A stretch of DNA of 64,000 nt, taken from Lama guanicoe (taxonomy: Eukaryota). The stretch spans positions 5,211,338 to 5,275,337 of the forward strand of contig MU055600.1 of the NCBI GenBank assembly GCA_013239625.1, in the 5' to 3' direction. The notes beneath the pieces were generated by a model. The model saw only the letters and a program-made list of their open reading frames with translations. It was not told the origin of the DNA and ran no database searches. This document shows, in pieces, positions 33,721 to 48,060 of this stretch; within the stretch, counting starts at the first letter, position 1; each line of letters opens with the position of its first letter. Both the position numbers and the translations under genes were made by a program.

Positions 33721-36700
33721 CCAAGTACAAGGCTCTTAGCCACCACACTCGATCATCTTCTGATTCGTGTTTGATTCACCTCTTCTCTTACATAGGACTT
33801 TGTAGTTTATGGAATCAAAACTTGACAAAAAGTTGTCAGTCAAGAAACTGACAAACGTTTCCAAACATACCTTGGCGGTCCATCTATGTTGCCCACTTTC
33901 TATTGGCTGTTCTAGAGGAGGATCATGTATGTGGGCTCCATTATAGGCACTTCTGTGTCCAACTTTGCACTCAGATTGGGAGGGGGATCTCACAGAGTAC
34001 AAAGGTGATGTGTTCTGGGTTGGGGACACCTCGGTTCTAGTCTGGCTCCATCCCAGCTGTGCAAAGTCAGCTCCTTACTTTACTGACCCAGTCCCTTTTA
34101 TTTGTAGAAGAAAAACAATTACATCAATCATATGGGGCTTCTGGGAGGATCATATGCAATACTCTTAGTAATACCCTGAACTAAGAGCAGGGACTCCGGG
34201 TGAGACGTGAAAATACTCTCACAAAGGCCCAAGAAATATGGAGGAACANNNNNNNNNNNNNNNNNNNNNNNNNNNNNNNNNNNNNNNNNNNNNNNNNNNN
34301 NNNNNNNNNNNNNNNNNNNNNNNNNNNNNNNNNNNNNNNNNNNNNNNNNNNNNNNNNNNNNNNNNNNNNNNNNNNNNNNNNNNNNNNNNNNNNNNNNNNN
34401 NNNNNNNNNNNNNNNNNNNNNNNNNNNNNNNNNNNNNNNNNNNNNNNNNNNNNNNNNNNNNNNNNNNNNNNNNNNNNNNNNNNNNNNNNNNNNNNNNNNN
34501 NNNNNNNNNNNNNNNNNNNNNNNNNNNNNNNNNNNNNNNNNNNNNNNNNNNNNNNNNNNNNNNNNNNNNNNNNNNNNNNNNNNNNNNNNNNNNNNNNNNN
34601 NNNNNNNNNNNNNNNNNNNNNNNNNNNNNNNNNNGCAGGGTACTCTCTTGAAGAAAGAGGATGTGAACTGTGACAAGGTGACATCTTGAGCAGTTCTCCG
34701 AAGAGGAAAGAGAACTTGTCCCCTGTCCGTTGCTCTGCTGGGGGGAATGGGGCCATGAAACTGAGCGGCTGGAGCTGCCAGCGTGGACTAGCTCCCCTTC
34801 TCAAGTCAGCCCGCTGGTGAGGAGGAGAGGAAGGAATGCTGTGTGAGCCTCAGAGGCTTAATTCATCATCTTGGCAATTACTCTAGTCTCAAATCAGCTT
34901 CCTGCTGAGCGCCCTGACACTGCCTCTCTCAGTTCCCTGAGACCAGACACTTCCTGTCTTCAAGTGGCCACCAACCAAGGAAGCAAATTAAGGATATCTT
35001 CCTATACAGCCTGTTTGAGCAGATTTTATTCAAAGAGGGTGGCAATATTAATAGGCAACTGATTTTTCACTAATGACAAAAGATTCTACCAAGAGCTTCG
35101 TGTGTGTCCAACAGTGTCATCAGATTTTTTTGTTCAATGTATGTATTTTTCTGCTACAGATTGCAGGGGTTAGGTTTCTGCCCTTTGCCTCTGAACAGCA
35201 TTGGATGCAAGCTTACGAAACAACTAACATTTTCAGTTTCTATAGATACTTCGTTTAGACGTCATGGAAGACTCTTGAAGCTTAGGAGTTTCCAAGAACT
35301 AAGCAAAATAAGTATTGAGAATTTGCACACCACTTGAGAATTTTGCATCCAGCCGTCTTTCCCGAGGCAACACACTCTGCATCCAGGAAGAGGCAGAAGT
35401 GGTGGACATCTGAGTCCTCCCAGCAGGGATGACCCTGCTCCCATCCCAACTTCTCACTTTCCACATGGTTCCCGGGGCTGTCATCCTAACCCCTTAGATG
35501 TGAGGGCAGAGTTGAGGGCTGTGTGTCTTCACAGCCTTCTTTCCAGATACTGCTTGGTACCCACATTTTAACTCCTTCTGTGCCTTCTAAATGACCCAGG
35601 GCAGCACCAGCTTCCATACTGTAATCTTGGCATTTGTTGCAGCTGGGATATCCCCAGCTCTCCCTGGAGTACCTTCTGCCAGGGGCGACCCACCTTAATT
35701 TATTGTTTGCTTTGTCTGTTCTAGCATATTTACTTGAAATATTGCTGCTGTTTCCCTTAGAGTGATTAACTAACAAGAGATACCATATGAAAGAGTCTTC
35801 CTCAGTCTGTGCTTTTATGTTTATTCTGCTCCAGCTTTGTTTTTTGTTTTTTTCTTTCATGTATATTATAATAGTAGGAAGGAAAGTGATCAGTCTTTAG
35901 GTTAGTAACAGCAAGCTCCACCCTTCTGGTCTGTCTTAGGGCCAATAAAGACATTTGCTAAATTGTATTTTAGAACTATGACAAGATTCACAATTCTGGC
36001 AGAATCCACCAAAAAAAAAAAAAGTTAGTAATAAGTTATCCTTTGCTGAGGTTCTCAGCACAGGTTTGAGTCGGGGGTAGCAGCTTCGGGTGGTCCTATC
36101 GGTCTTTTTTGCATACACAGTATTAATGCTTATGTGTTTACCATTGAACATTTTCCAAAGCACCTGTCCAATTATAATCTGTCTTGTTTTTATGCCCAAA
36201 GTCAACATATGTCTCAATAAGGAGGGACTCATGTGATGGATGAGTTAGAGAAAATGATGGACCTAAAACGAGAAGTTTTGAGTTCAAATCGTGAGGTTGG
36301 CACAGTGGGTGAGAAACAGAGCTTTGGTTTCCTGTATAAAAGAAGGGGATTCAAGTTCTCTCAAGTTGGATCCGGCTCTAACATTTCCTTCTTGCTTGAG
36401 ATCATGCAATCAAGGGTCAGCAGAGTCCCACACAGGAGTCTGGTGTCCTCACTCCTCATTCCCCCACCCGCGACACCAGAACGTATTGTCAATGTCAAGG
36501 TGGGGTGTATCAGCACTACATGTAGAGATACTGAAGATGTTTGAGGATTTCAGGATTCAAAGATGTCAGAGCAGAGGGGGGAGAGAAGAGAGGAGTGGGT
36601 TGTAGGCCAGGATTATGAGACAAGGTTATAAATGCTGCATACGGTGTGTGAGGACGCAGAGAAGGAAAAGTAATTCTGCCTAGGAGTGAGGGAGAGGAAA

Positions 36701-37649
36701 TCCAAAAGAGCTGGAAAGGGAAGAGAATCATCGAGCAGAATCACGTGACTAAACAGAAGGGAAAAAGTGAGTTGAAATAAAATAATGAAATGGTTGATCT
36801 GAGCATAACCAACAAATGTCTATGAGATTTTCCTTTCATTCTTTGACTCACTTTAAGACGAGGGAAAAAGTCACCTCCAATGGAAAAAAAAAACTATAGA
36901 TTTCTGCACATAGGAACAAAAATCAGAAAATTCCCTCTTCGTTCCTAATCCCCTACATAGTCTATGTTTATAGTCATAAATACCAAGAATTCATATTCAG
37001 AACATGGACCCTGAGGAACTGTTAAGAGTCTAAATCATCAAATAAAGAACTAGGCAAGTTCAGCTTACTATGATTGCCTAGGCAGGGAAGTGGATCTATC
37101 CATTTAAGAAAAAAAAAATTGATAATAGCAATGGAAACAAAAAGTTTTGAGTTTTTCTTGATCATCAATTAACAACAACAACAAAATCCCAACTGATCTG
37201 GGGAGCCCTGTTCCCTAAACATTCTGGTTAATTGACATTTTCTGCTCTATTTGAGTGCAAAAGGAATGCTAGTGAGGTGACGCTGGAAGCTGTAAAATTA
37301 CGTCCATCCACTTAATCACATGTGAATTTTACGAGATGGATTTTACAACTGTTTTCTCCCTCAGTGTGAAAAGCTCTCTTGTTCTAGATGACCTTGATAG
37401 AAGGTTTTCCTGGTCGCTGTAGAGCTATGCTACTCCATGGAGGAAATACAAAATGAGGGTGTTGTGGACCGTCAGACTGGGATACTGGACGGGCCAGGGG
37501 GCACTGGGTTCAGGTCCAAGGGGCAAAAACCAAGCAGAAGCTGGAGGATATTGAGAATGAAGAATAAGCAAGAGCTGAGTCCATAGGGAAGACAGAGGGT
37601 TCAGTCACCAAGTCCGGCTGTGATCATGGGGACAGAAATAAGAACGAGA

Positions 37650-37910
37650 CAGACCGGGGTGAGAACTTCAGCACCCACATCAGACTGCCCAGAACCAAAT
37701 CCCAGGTCAGCTCGTCCTCACAATACAACTTTGTGCAATTGTCTTAATTTTCACAGAGCTCAGTTTCCTCATCTGTAAAATGAGAAAAGTAATGGCACCT
37801 ACCTCACAAATCTTGTGGGAAATTCTCATCATAAATGAGACGATGTATCTAAAACATTCAGTACAGTGTCCAGCCCATGGTGAGTGTGTAATAAATGTTA
37901 ATGGTTACTG
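37650..37910 (+). mobile_element. MIR SINE, near full length
   Basis: gctcagtttcctcatctgtaaaatgag...acctacctcac...acagtgtccagcccatggtgagtgtgtaataaatgtt. Confidence 0.9.
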
Positions 37911-38084
37911 TTCATAACATGAGACAAGAAGTCAAGGATTTAAATTAGACTTGACCTAGAAAGGAGCCGAGAGACTAGGGGTAAGAGCAGGATGAAGCCA
38001 GGAAAACTTAAGACATTGCATCAAATAGGGTGGGAAAGTACATAGTGGCCTAATTTAGACATTCAGCTGATTTGTTGTAATAAT

Positions 38085-38215
38085 AATGATGATGGTGATA
38101 ATATTAACACTAGTAACAGCAGTTATCAGTTTGTAGCCCTCATTATGTGCCAAGCATTGTTCTCAGCACTTTACACCCATTATTCTATTTCATCCTCACA
38201 ACAGCTTTACGAAGA
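38085..38215 (-). mobile_element. MIR 3' fragment
   Basis: ttatgtgccaagcattgttctcagcactttacacccattattctatttcatcctcacaacagc. Confidence 0.8.
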
Positions 38216-39801
38216 AGACAGGAAATAGCGGGGCTGCCGTTCATTAAACTGCAATTAAAGTCCAGTGATCAGTAGGAAGGCTTTGGGGAGAATATTCTTC
38301 AACTATTACCTCCATTTAGACGTGGCACTTTAAACCAGGACCTTGAAGAAAATAATCACATTGGGATGGAGACCGAAAAGGTCAACTTAAAGTTTACATG
38401 AACCACTTGATATTAAAAAAAATAAAAATTAGAAACCTTTCCACAAGCAAACCTCTGTCCTATAATGTCCTTGGATGGGGAGGCAATGACGCTTCTGACA
38501 GTAGATGCGCTGGATGAAAGATAGGAGTGTAGCCAAGTCTGAAATTCACTGCAAGTCCTGTTCCTCAGACCCTGCGAGGCTCGCCAGTCTGGGCATTTTG
38601 TTTCATCTGGTGGAGCTGCCAGAGTTGCCCAGGAGTCGATGCCAAGGCAAAGAGNNNNNNNNNNNNNNNNNNNNNNNNNNNNNNNNNNNNNNNNNNNNNN
38701 NNNNNNNNNNNNNNNNNNNNNNNNNNNNNNNNNNNNNNNNNNNNNNNNNNNNNNNNNNNNNNNNNNNNNNNNNNNNNNNNNNNNNNNNNNNNNNNNNNNN
38801 NNNNNNNNNNNNNNNNNNAAATACTTTTCAGCTTATTATTCTGTCTTATCTATTTTTTTCGTTTTTGCTTATTTGGTTTGGTGGCACCTTCCCCTTTCAG
38901 AAATCAGATAACCCTTTTTAGCTTTCAGTCACCTCCCTCTTATTACCAAGTATTCATACCTCAACAAGGACCCTCTTTAATAAGCAAAGAATGCGAGTTG
39001 CTTAAAGGTTGTTTTTGAAGATTTTAATGAACATCAAGAAGACAGTAATCATTTAAAAACCCCACCTGCTGGATAACGGTGATATCTTTGAATGATTGTG
39101 TAGTCTTCTATCAGTTTCTAAAATTATCCCATTGTTGGAGAAGGTAAATCATAATTGTGTGACATTACACTCGTTTAGGACATTAGGAATAAAAATTATA
39201 CTTTCTAGAGATGAAGAGAACTAAATATACGGCAGGAAAAAAAAAGGAGATTCAGTTCCTCTTATTCACTTAGTGTTTCAGATTCCATACTATCACCTCT
39301 TTCCCAAGTGTTGCTAATGTACTACTTTCTTGCTATTCTGCTAAGGTATCAACCTCAAATTAAATGGCCATTAGGATGTCACGTTCAAGATGTTAAGATA
39401 TCTGGATGAAAAGTGAATCATCTCGATGTATTGTCTAGGTGATGCCAAACATGGAAATATCTGGGAACAGCCCTGGTGTTTGGTGTCATAGAAACAAAAC
39501 AACCCGTTGACAATTGAAACTGCTCACTTTTCAATGGGATGTTTTGGTATCACAAGGACCCCCCTCAAATCACCTTTTCCTCTAGTGGGCCTTGAGCTGA
39601 GACTCCAGCTGTCAGTTGCTGTTCTATCTCAGGAAGTGTGCAAAGCCGGGGTTCTCTGTGAGGGAACTGACAAACGTTAGCAGTTAAGGAGCGGCACAGA
39701 TTTTCCGGGACATACTCAAGGATTTTGCCTGTTTCCAACATAACGCAAAGCTCACAAGCTATTGTGTCTGTTTCTCTCTCCACCCCTTTCTCTCTCTGGG
39801 G

Positions 39802-39843
<42 letters not shown>

Positions 39844-39860
39844 CACACAGACACAGACAC
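39802..39860. repeat. (CA)n microsatellite
   Basis: Direct observation. Confidence 0.97.
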
Positions 39861-40099
39861 ATCATCATCTGTTTTCTGCCTAAGCCTTACTTAAGGGAAG
39901 CTGTCATTATTAGTTGGTTTCGGGATTCAGGGCCTCATTGTGGTGAGGACCCCTTAGAGAACTCTGAGCTGGATGCCAGGAGAGACCATCTGCAATTATG
40001 GGCTGGATAAGCCCAGCCACTTAGCAGTTATGTCCTGAAGGAGCCCAAAGCTGACCAAATGATTCTTCAGTCTTGCAGGAGATGCCAATGGAAGTAAGG

Positions 40100-41090
40100 G
40101 ATGGATTTGCACTCCTCTTCCGCCCTGGCCTTCATCCAGGCAGTACCCTCTTCCAGGAAGAGCTTTTACCCTTATCCATCTGCCCAGAGCTTCACTTCCT
40201 CCCTAAACACTCAGACTTACTGTTTCCTCAAGGTTTCAGCACATGAGTGGCCTCTGATTCTCCCATTACTCTCTGGTCATAACCTGTATTGTTTGGTATT
40301 CAATCTTGGCTCTCCCAGACCGTGGGCTCTTTGTGGCCAAAGGTAGTTCTTATCATATTTGGAGTCCTTAACATTAGCCCAGTGCTTGACAACTAGTCAA
40401 CCTTAGTGAGCGCTACCTAAGCAAACACTCCCCTTTCCCCAAGCTGACACACTTCCTTTGCGGGTAACTTTCAGCAGCCAATTCCACATCGTGTGTCTGT
40501 GTTTCTGTATGTCATACACCCTCCAGCAACGCCTCTGTCTGTCCTGGCCCAGTCCTGAGTTCCACGAAGAGTGCCTTGCCTTGAACAGGTAAGGGCTCAC
40601 CTAAAAGGGCTGGATGAGTGGGAAGGAAAAAGAGAGAGACAGGTCCACAGTCGCTGAACGTAGTTAAGCAAAACTCTCACAGAATTGCAGGCCTGCAGCT
40701 CCACTCCAGAATCCTTAAGGAAGAGTTTCAACAGTGTCTTTTGTTCATGCACATGACAAGTCACGTGAAGGCCTACGGTGAGCTGAGACAGCAATGGTGA
40801 GCAAAACCGAGGGAAGATGGCAGTCTTGGGAGGGAACACGTAATAAGTTAGGAAAATAAATATGGTGATACAAGTGTGGACAGCCCTGGAGAGAAAGGGT
40901 GGCCGTGCAAGGCTGAGAGGTGGGGGGACCACAGCATGGGCTCCCTGAGGTAGTGGTGTCTGAGGGGCGGACTTCATGCGGGAAGGAGTTCAGGGGGAAA
41001 AAAGTGACTGGGTTGTTTTGTCACAGGGAGAGAGGGAGGGAAGCTGGGAGAGGCCAAATGTGGACCTGTGGGCAGGAGGACAGAGACTGA
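40100..41090. mobile_element. Two decayed L2 fragments (+ about 40100-40400; - about 40740-41090)
   Basis: ctcccagaccgtgggctctttgtggcc...cccagtgcttgac on +; gagacagcaatggtgagcaaaac...gctccctgaggtagtgg on -. Confidence 0.5.
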
Positions 41091-41124
41091 GGAGAATATG
41101 TGAAATAATCTACTTCTTTGTATT

Positions 41125-41485
41125 TATTTTATTGTTATTTATTCATTTTAATAAGAATTTTTAATTGGCATATAGTTGATTTACAATGTTTCAGGTGAAC
41201 AGCAAAGTGANNNNNNNNNNNNNNNNNNNNNNNNNNNNNNNNNNNNNNNNNNNNNNNNNNNNNNNNNNNNNNNNNNNNNNNNNNNNNNNNNNNNNNNNNN
41301 NNNNNNNNNNNNNNNNNNNNNNNNNNNNNNNNNNNNNNNNNNNNNNNTTCCATTATAGATTATTACAAGATATTGAATACAGTTCCTTGGGCTAAACAGC
41401 AAGTCCTTGTTTACCTATTTTATATATAGCAGAATCTATCTGTTTACCCCCTTTTGGCAGCCATAAGTTTATTTTATATGTCTGT
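41125..41485 (-). mobile_element. L1 3' UTR fragment (cetartiodactyl type), contains N gap
   Basis: tatagttgatttacaatgtttcaggtgaacagcaaagtga...ttccattatagattattacaagatattgaatacagttcc...ccataagttt. Confidence 0.88.
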
Positions 41486-44400
41486 ACCTTTAAAACCAGA
41501 ATTACAGCTCTTCTTCAGCAGAAGAAAATACAGTTAGGGCTACTGGCTTTAGAATACCTTAGGATAAAACTGGCCAGGTGGCAGACCCCCAGTAAATATT
41601 TCTCCCAGCTAGCCTGTTCTTAAAACTTTTGCAGATAATCACTTCAGCCCAAGTTTCTGTCCGGGCTGAAGACAAGTTGAGTTACTGATGGGTGAGGCCC
41701 ACTGAGGCCTTGTGCTGGTGACTGATAGTCCCGGATCTTTTACTGCAATACTTCCATTTGCAAAAAAAAAAAAAGAGAGTTTTCAGGGTTAAGTTTAAAT
41801 CTCAGCTGGCTTAGGAGATGGCATGAAATGAGGACCCCACTATGAAGGAGCGTGATTTGCAAAGAGGGCAGGGATGTCTTCGGCCAGCGTGGCAGGAGTC
41901 CAGTTAGCACTCCAAAGTTCCCATCCTGCACAGGACGCTGTCTGCTTGGAAACAAAGCCAGGTTGGTGCTGACTTTAATGGCCTTTTCCGTTTCTCTCTT
42001 GACAAAGATTAAAGTTTATAAGTGGCGCATTCCGATCTTATTAAACACTGAGTGGCCCCCATCAGAAATCGCAGGAAATGAGGGACATAGCATCCAACAC
42101 AATGCACATTCTTTTGTGTGTTTTCTTCTGTGGAGGGGTGTGTTAGGCCTTCAAAAAGGGGATGAGGCAGCTTTAATAAGAAGAAGGGAAAAAAAATGAA
42201 AGGGGAAGGGAAGAAAGGTACCTCAATTGTCTCGGCAGCTGATCAACAAAGGAGCAGTCGTGAGCTGTAACCTCTTAGAGCNNNNNNNNNNNNNNNNNNN
42301 NNNNNNNNNNNNNNNNNNNNNNNNNNNNNNNNNNNNNNNNNNNNNNNNNNNNNNNNNNNNNNNNNNNNNNNNNNNNNNNNNNNNNNNNNNNNNNNNNNNN
42401 NNNNNNNNNNNNNNNNNNNNNNNNNNNNNNNNNNNNNGATGCGATATATATATATATATATACACTTATATATACACACATATATATAAAATAAGAAATA
42501 ATAGGAAGGTGGAGAAATAAAACTTTCTCTTCTTCACCTAGCAGGATAAAAATAGCATGCCCTGAAAACTATCCAACATGTGAGGCTTCCGTTTGTCTTT
42601 GCCTTATTCAGTATTCCGAATTATTTTTATGGGTGTGGCTACCTTACACCTTCTGGTTTGTATATGTGCTCTGCTCGTTTTTCTCATCTTTGGTCATCCT
42701 GCCGGCACCTGCTATCCATCCTGTTTCCACATTCTGTGTGTGAATGCATGTGTGATGTGTGTGAGTGTGGATGTGTGTGGTGTGTCTTCATCTGGCGCTA
42801 AAGGCTAAAAATCTCTCTCTCTGTCCATCACCTATTGGCACACCTCTAGCCCCTGAGCTAATTAATTTAATGCAAGAAATATCAGATGGGGTGGGATAAG
42901 GCAAAGGAGGGGAAAGGATGCTGGAGGAAGGGGCCGTGGGGGCATGAGTCTGAAAACTGCTCAGCTACCAAGGCTCAAAGTAGTCAGTGACATGAGTGAC
43001 ATGAAAATATTAGCTACAGAGATAACAATGGAAAAGCCACCGAAGTTTACTACCATCAGGACAGAAAATGTGAAGAGCTGTTTTCAGGTAGAACTTACAG
43101 TGAAAAAAAAATATATATATATATATATACACACATATATATATGTAAGCTAATTGACCGAGCATCTTTATCATGTGACCACACCCGCCAATCACAATTC
43201 AGAACTCCCCTCCTGGATTCAAAGCATCATTATTGGTCTAGAAGTGATTGACGCACAGGGATTGGCTGGAGAAGAGATGCGCGTGACTATTCTGGAGCGA
43301 GTCCATGCTGAAGGGATTTATTTACTTTTCCCCTCCCTGCAACACATTTAGATGAAAGAATGTTTAATAGAGGGGGGAAAAAAACAAATCACAAAAAGAA
43401 AGGGAATCCAAGGCTTGTTTTGTACATTTTGGCCAGGGGTTGCTTAGCCTCTTAAAAAACCAGAATCCTTTTTTGGTCGTTTGGAAAAGTTCACCCAGGT
43501 TTCTTGTTATGAAAGAAAATAAACATCAGACAAAACAGGACTTTATCAAAACTATAAATAATTCAATGCAGATGGATTTAAAAAGCAAGCAGATTTTCAG
43601 AGTGTGGAGCACGGCGGGGTTTGGGTGGAAACAGAGAGGGAATATAAACAGAAGAACGAGATGAAATTATGAACTTGTTGAGGAAAATAAATAGACACAT
43701 AAAACTAATTGAAAGGAAAATAAAGAGGGAACACTCTGAAAACAAGGCAGGCGTCCCAGAGTTCTGTGCAGTGGCATGCTGCCTGAGGCCACGGACTAAA
43801 GGCATCCCAGCTGAGAGCTGCCATTGAGGGCAGGCTGCTGCCCAGCAGGGCCAAAAGGGGCAGCAGGGGATGAAGTCCCGTGAAAATGTCTCAGCCTCAA
43901 GTTAGTGTCAAACTGCAGTTAGAACCCAGTGGTCTGGGGTCCTCGTCCAGCGCTTTTGACCACATGGCACAGGCAGTGGTGTGAACCTCCGTGTAGCACT
44001 TCAACTGAACTGAGAACCCGACTCACCCTGGACCCAGTCCCAAGCCATCAAGCAATCAAAGAGCTTCAATTTTGCAACGCCTTGACTCCCAGCCCTAAAC
44101 AACACCACGGGAAGTGCCAAGAGCCAAAGGAAGCTGAATCATGCATTTAATCAATACCTCTGGAAAGATTCAAAGGGGAGCCTCAAAGTCTGATGAGCTT
44201 GGAAAAGGTTCTCATCCTTTGAGTTGGGAGACAAGGTTGCACTCCCCGAATTACCAAGGGGAAAAAAAATGCTTTCACCACCACAAGGTTAGGAAATTCC
44301 TTCATCAAACCACCTCCTCCATCCCTACTCTGTGGCTCAGAAGAGGATAAAGAAGGCAGCCAGTAAGCGGTCCTTGGGGAAGCAGGGAGCAGCCTCCCCT

Positions 44401-47400
44401 GCTGCTACATTAGCTGATGCCTCAGACATATTTCATTGGTGGGTTCCTCCTTGCCTCCTTTGTACTAGACCTGGTGGATATATAAAACTTACTGACAGTT
44501 CTTTATTGATTTATTAAACGTGGATATAGCAAATCTCACTTGGAGTTATGTGTGCCAGGTAACCACAGAGAAGAATTTTTTTTTTCCCCAGCAATGTGAA
44601 TAAATCTTCAGTGAAAGTCATCAAGTGGGCGTAATTGAGTTTGCAAGGTATGTAAAGCCAGTTTTTAATCAATCAACAAACAGACGTTTCCTTTGGTAGC
44701 TCCTGGAGATGGAAAGTGAAAAACTCTAGGGGGAGCGTGCCCTGGATGCTGCAGCTGTGGCCAGAGGTCACATGGTGTGCACGTGACCACGAGGTCCCTC
44801 CCCTGTTCATCAGGGTTGTTTCCAAAACAGTGATCGTTCTGAGTCAGCAACGGAACCAAGTGTCTACAGCAACTCTCACAGCATCTTTTTCTCTCCCTTG
44901 GAAAGTCAGACGTTACCTGTGAAAGACTGGGAGATGTAATCAACAGTGTTGGAGAGTTGCCTTTGCATCTTTAGGGAGGAAAATAAGCCTTTCTTCCACC
45001 AGGCTAATCATGTCATTTTATTTTATTTCATACACAAGTCATTTCTTTTCCAGGATCCTAGGGTTAAGCTACCTAAATCTTGTTGATACAGAAACAATGA
45101 GTCCACGTCACAATTTTTATTCACATGGCGTATGCATCGCACCCCCTCCCGGGGACCACCTCGGCTTCCTGCATCTGGAGCCCCAGATTCAGCCTTTCAG
45201 GAAAGCAAATGCCTCAGGAGAGCATCTTTTCTTCAAAATAAATGACTAGGGTAATTGCTACTAGAGTGTTTTAAAATTACATATTTGCAATCAAACTCCA
45301 ATTTCAAATTACCCCAACAAGCAGCCCTACCTCACTACAATTGAGAAAGCCTGGTATTACTGACATGTGTGTACATCATTTGAAAGAAGACGAGAAAGGG
45401 GTCTTCACCAAGAGCAGCTTTTCCATGGTCACGACTTGATTATCATCCACCAGAGTGAAACGCGTCCATTAAAAAGAAAGTTTTATTTTTGTCACGTTTT
45501 TTTTCCTACTTCTCTCTCTTCTTAAATCTATTTCTTCTCTCCAGTCCTACCCTGTGCATTGTCAACATTGAACCTAAATCTACATCTCCTCCAAATTTTG
45601 CCCACTTCAATCTTGAGCCCCAGAAAACTTGTCTCTCTTAGTTTAGTGGAAACTCAGCCCAGAAAGAAAAAGAATCCTCTCGGGCAGATGAGAAAGGTGT
45701 TCAGAATGGCCTTCTGACTGGTATCCAGGTGCCAGGCTTAACACTTGATCATTATTCTCGTTTCCCATAAGTTAATGTCCTGAATCTCAGCGTTATTCGT
45801 AAGGACCTTCATTCTTTAGTTTTTTACAATTTTATTTTCTACTAGCGTTCGTTACACACGCCACCCTCTGGTCATCGTAACTTCTTACATTACAGACTGT
45901 CTCCACTTCTTAGCACAAGTTGTTCTCTCTGGAATGACCCTTCCCTTCTGACCCTCACGTTCCAGAAGAAAGCCAAGTTATCCAGAAGGAAACGTCAAGG
46001 TGTCCTGACCTTGCTGAGTTACGACCGCCTGCCGTCCAGCCTCATTCTCTCTCTCCCACCTTTTTTATTGAGCATCTCCTGTAATCCAGGCACAGTACTG
46101 GGCACTGGCTATAGTGGTCAGCAGAGAGACGTGACCCTTATTTAGATGGAAACTGTCACCACCTTTAGATCCCTCTTTCTTCCATACTGCCATTGTATTT
46201 GGGTCACACCACATCAAATTCAAGTTACTTATGCTCAGGTTCATAGTCACAGGACACACTGGGCACTAACTGGCCCAAATCCTGCTCTATTCAATACCAT
46301 AGCTTCTGTACTTGGCACAACTTAAGCAAGTTTTATTGAATTATTATCAATTTTTAATCTATAATGGCAAGATAAAGCAGGAAGCCTTACCCTGAATTAA
46401 TAAAAAGGAATGTAATTCACAAGCAAGAGGATGGCCATAAGGTTGAAAGAATTGGCTGAAACACTGATTATCCCAGATCCTCTTCCCAGGACCCATTTCT
46501 GAGCCTCTGATTGAGAGTTCCAGAGACGGCTCCAGATGCTTTGGGTCATCTTTCTAAACTCTGCTCACTCCTATCACTCTGTTCCACTGATGGTGGCCTT
46601 ACATTATTAGGGTTGACTTTCAATTAGTGTCAGTTTTCCAAAAGCAATATTTTCAGGAAGTTTCTATTCAGATTCCAAACTGACTTACCACTGAGATGAA
46701 AATACTCAGAGAGGCTCCAGCCTCTCTCAAAGGAAAAGCTTTGATAAAAGTAAACAAGCAAACAATACACATCTTTCTCTCTTAGTATTAAAAAAAAATT
46801 AATTGTAGGGTTTTTTTTCCCTTCTTATTGGAAATATGAAGCTAATGTTGGTTTATTTGTTGGATTCTATACACTGATTTTACAAAGTCTGGATAGGATG
46901 GTGCAAAATGACAGTCCCATTAGGCAAAAGAAATTCCATCTAAATTGAATCACGAAAGAAGCATAAGCTTATTTTGATTAAGGAAGCAACTGAGCAATTC
47001 TTTTTCACTTAGAATGTATAATCATCATTGAAAATTCAAAGGAAATTCAAGTGAGGATCCATATGGAGGAAAAGGAAAGAAGAAAAAGTATGTGTGTGTG
47101 TTTATAGTATACCCATATATACAAACACACATACACACATTCATATACACATATGTACATGTCCATGTATACTAACGGACATGTCTCTCCAAGCTGACAT
47201 AGGAAATGAATGCCTTTGTCAGATTGCATTTTAAAATTTTTAAGTGAATTGAAAACTCTCGATAAGTCACGAAGTAACTTACTTCATTTTCCTAAGGCTC
47301 CTAAATGTGTTCCTCATTTTTAGTCATCATATTATAATAAGACCTGATTATCCGTGACTAATCTTTAAATTCGTATGTTTAAAAACTGGAATTTTACCTG

Positions 47401-47699
47401 CCCTATCGTAATATGGGCTTTTCTATGATAAATTTTATACAAGGCCCTAAAAGAGTCACTTTGCAGCCATTATATATATGTGATATATATAATATATAGC
47501 TACCACATAGAATATATATATACACAGATACATATAGACATATGTATTTGATATATGCAGATATACAAATTCATATCTGTATGTATTGCCGACATATTGT
47601 AGATATATGCCTATATATATATACTTATAGGATTGTATTTAAAAATGGGTTCTTTGAAGACAAATAATAGCAGTTACAGAAAATTTGGCTGCACCAGCT

Positions 47700-48060
47700 T
47701 AAAAGCAGGACCTCCAGATCTTACTTTTGCCTTTGGCTCTGACAGTCCATCTGATCATGAGACTCTTTCAGTCTCTCCAAACTTCCATTGTCTCTTCCGT
47801 AAGATGAAGATCCTACTCTACCCTCTACGCTGAGTGGTGTGAAAACAAAACACTAGTTAACAGCTACGGACACTTACCGTGCTGTGCGCTTTTGTTTAAT
47901 TTCTCTCTTCCTCTTGCCATCCTCCGAGCCGTTGGTATTATTACCATCTGCGTTTTCCAGGTGAACTTAAGGGACAGCGAGGTAGTTTGCCACGGGTGAC
48001 ACAGCTTGAAAAAAAGCAGATACAAACTTTGACATGAGATCTGTTTGTTCGTAGAGCCTG
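47700..48060. mobile_element. Two adjacent MIR fragments in opposite orientation
   Basis: + : ccattgtctcttccgtaagatgaagat...ctacccctctac; - : ggtattattaccatctgcgttttccaggtg...gtttgccacgggtgacacagc. Confidence 0.55.
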
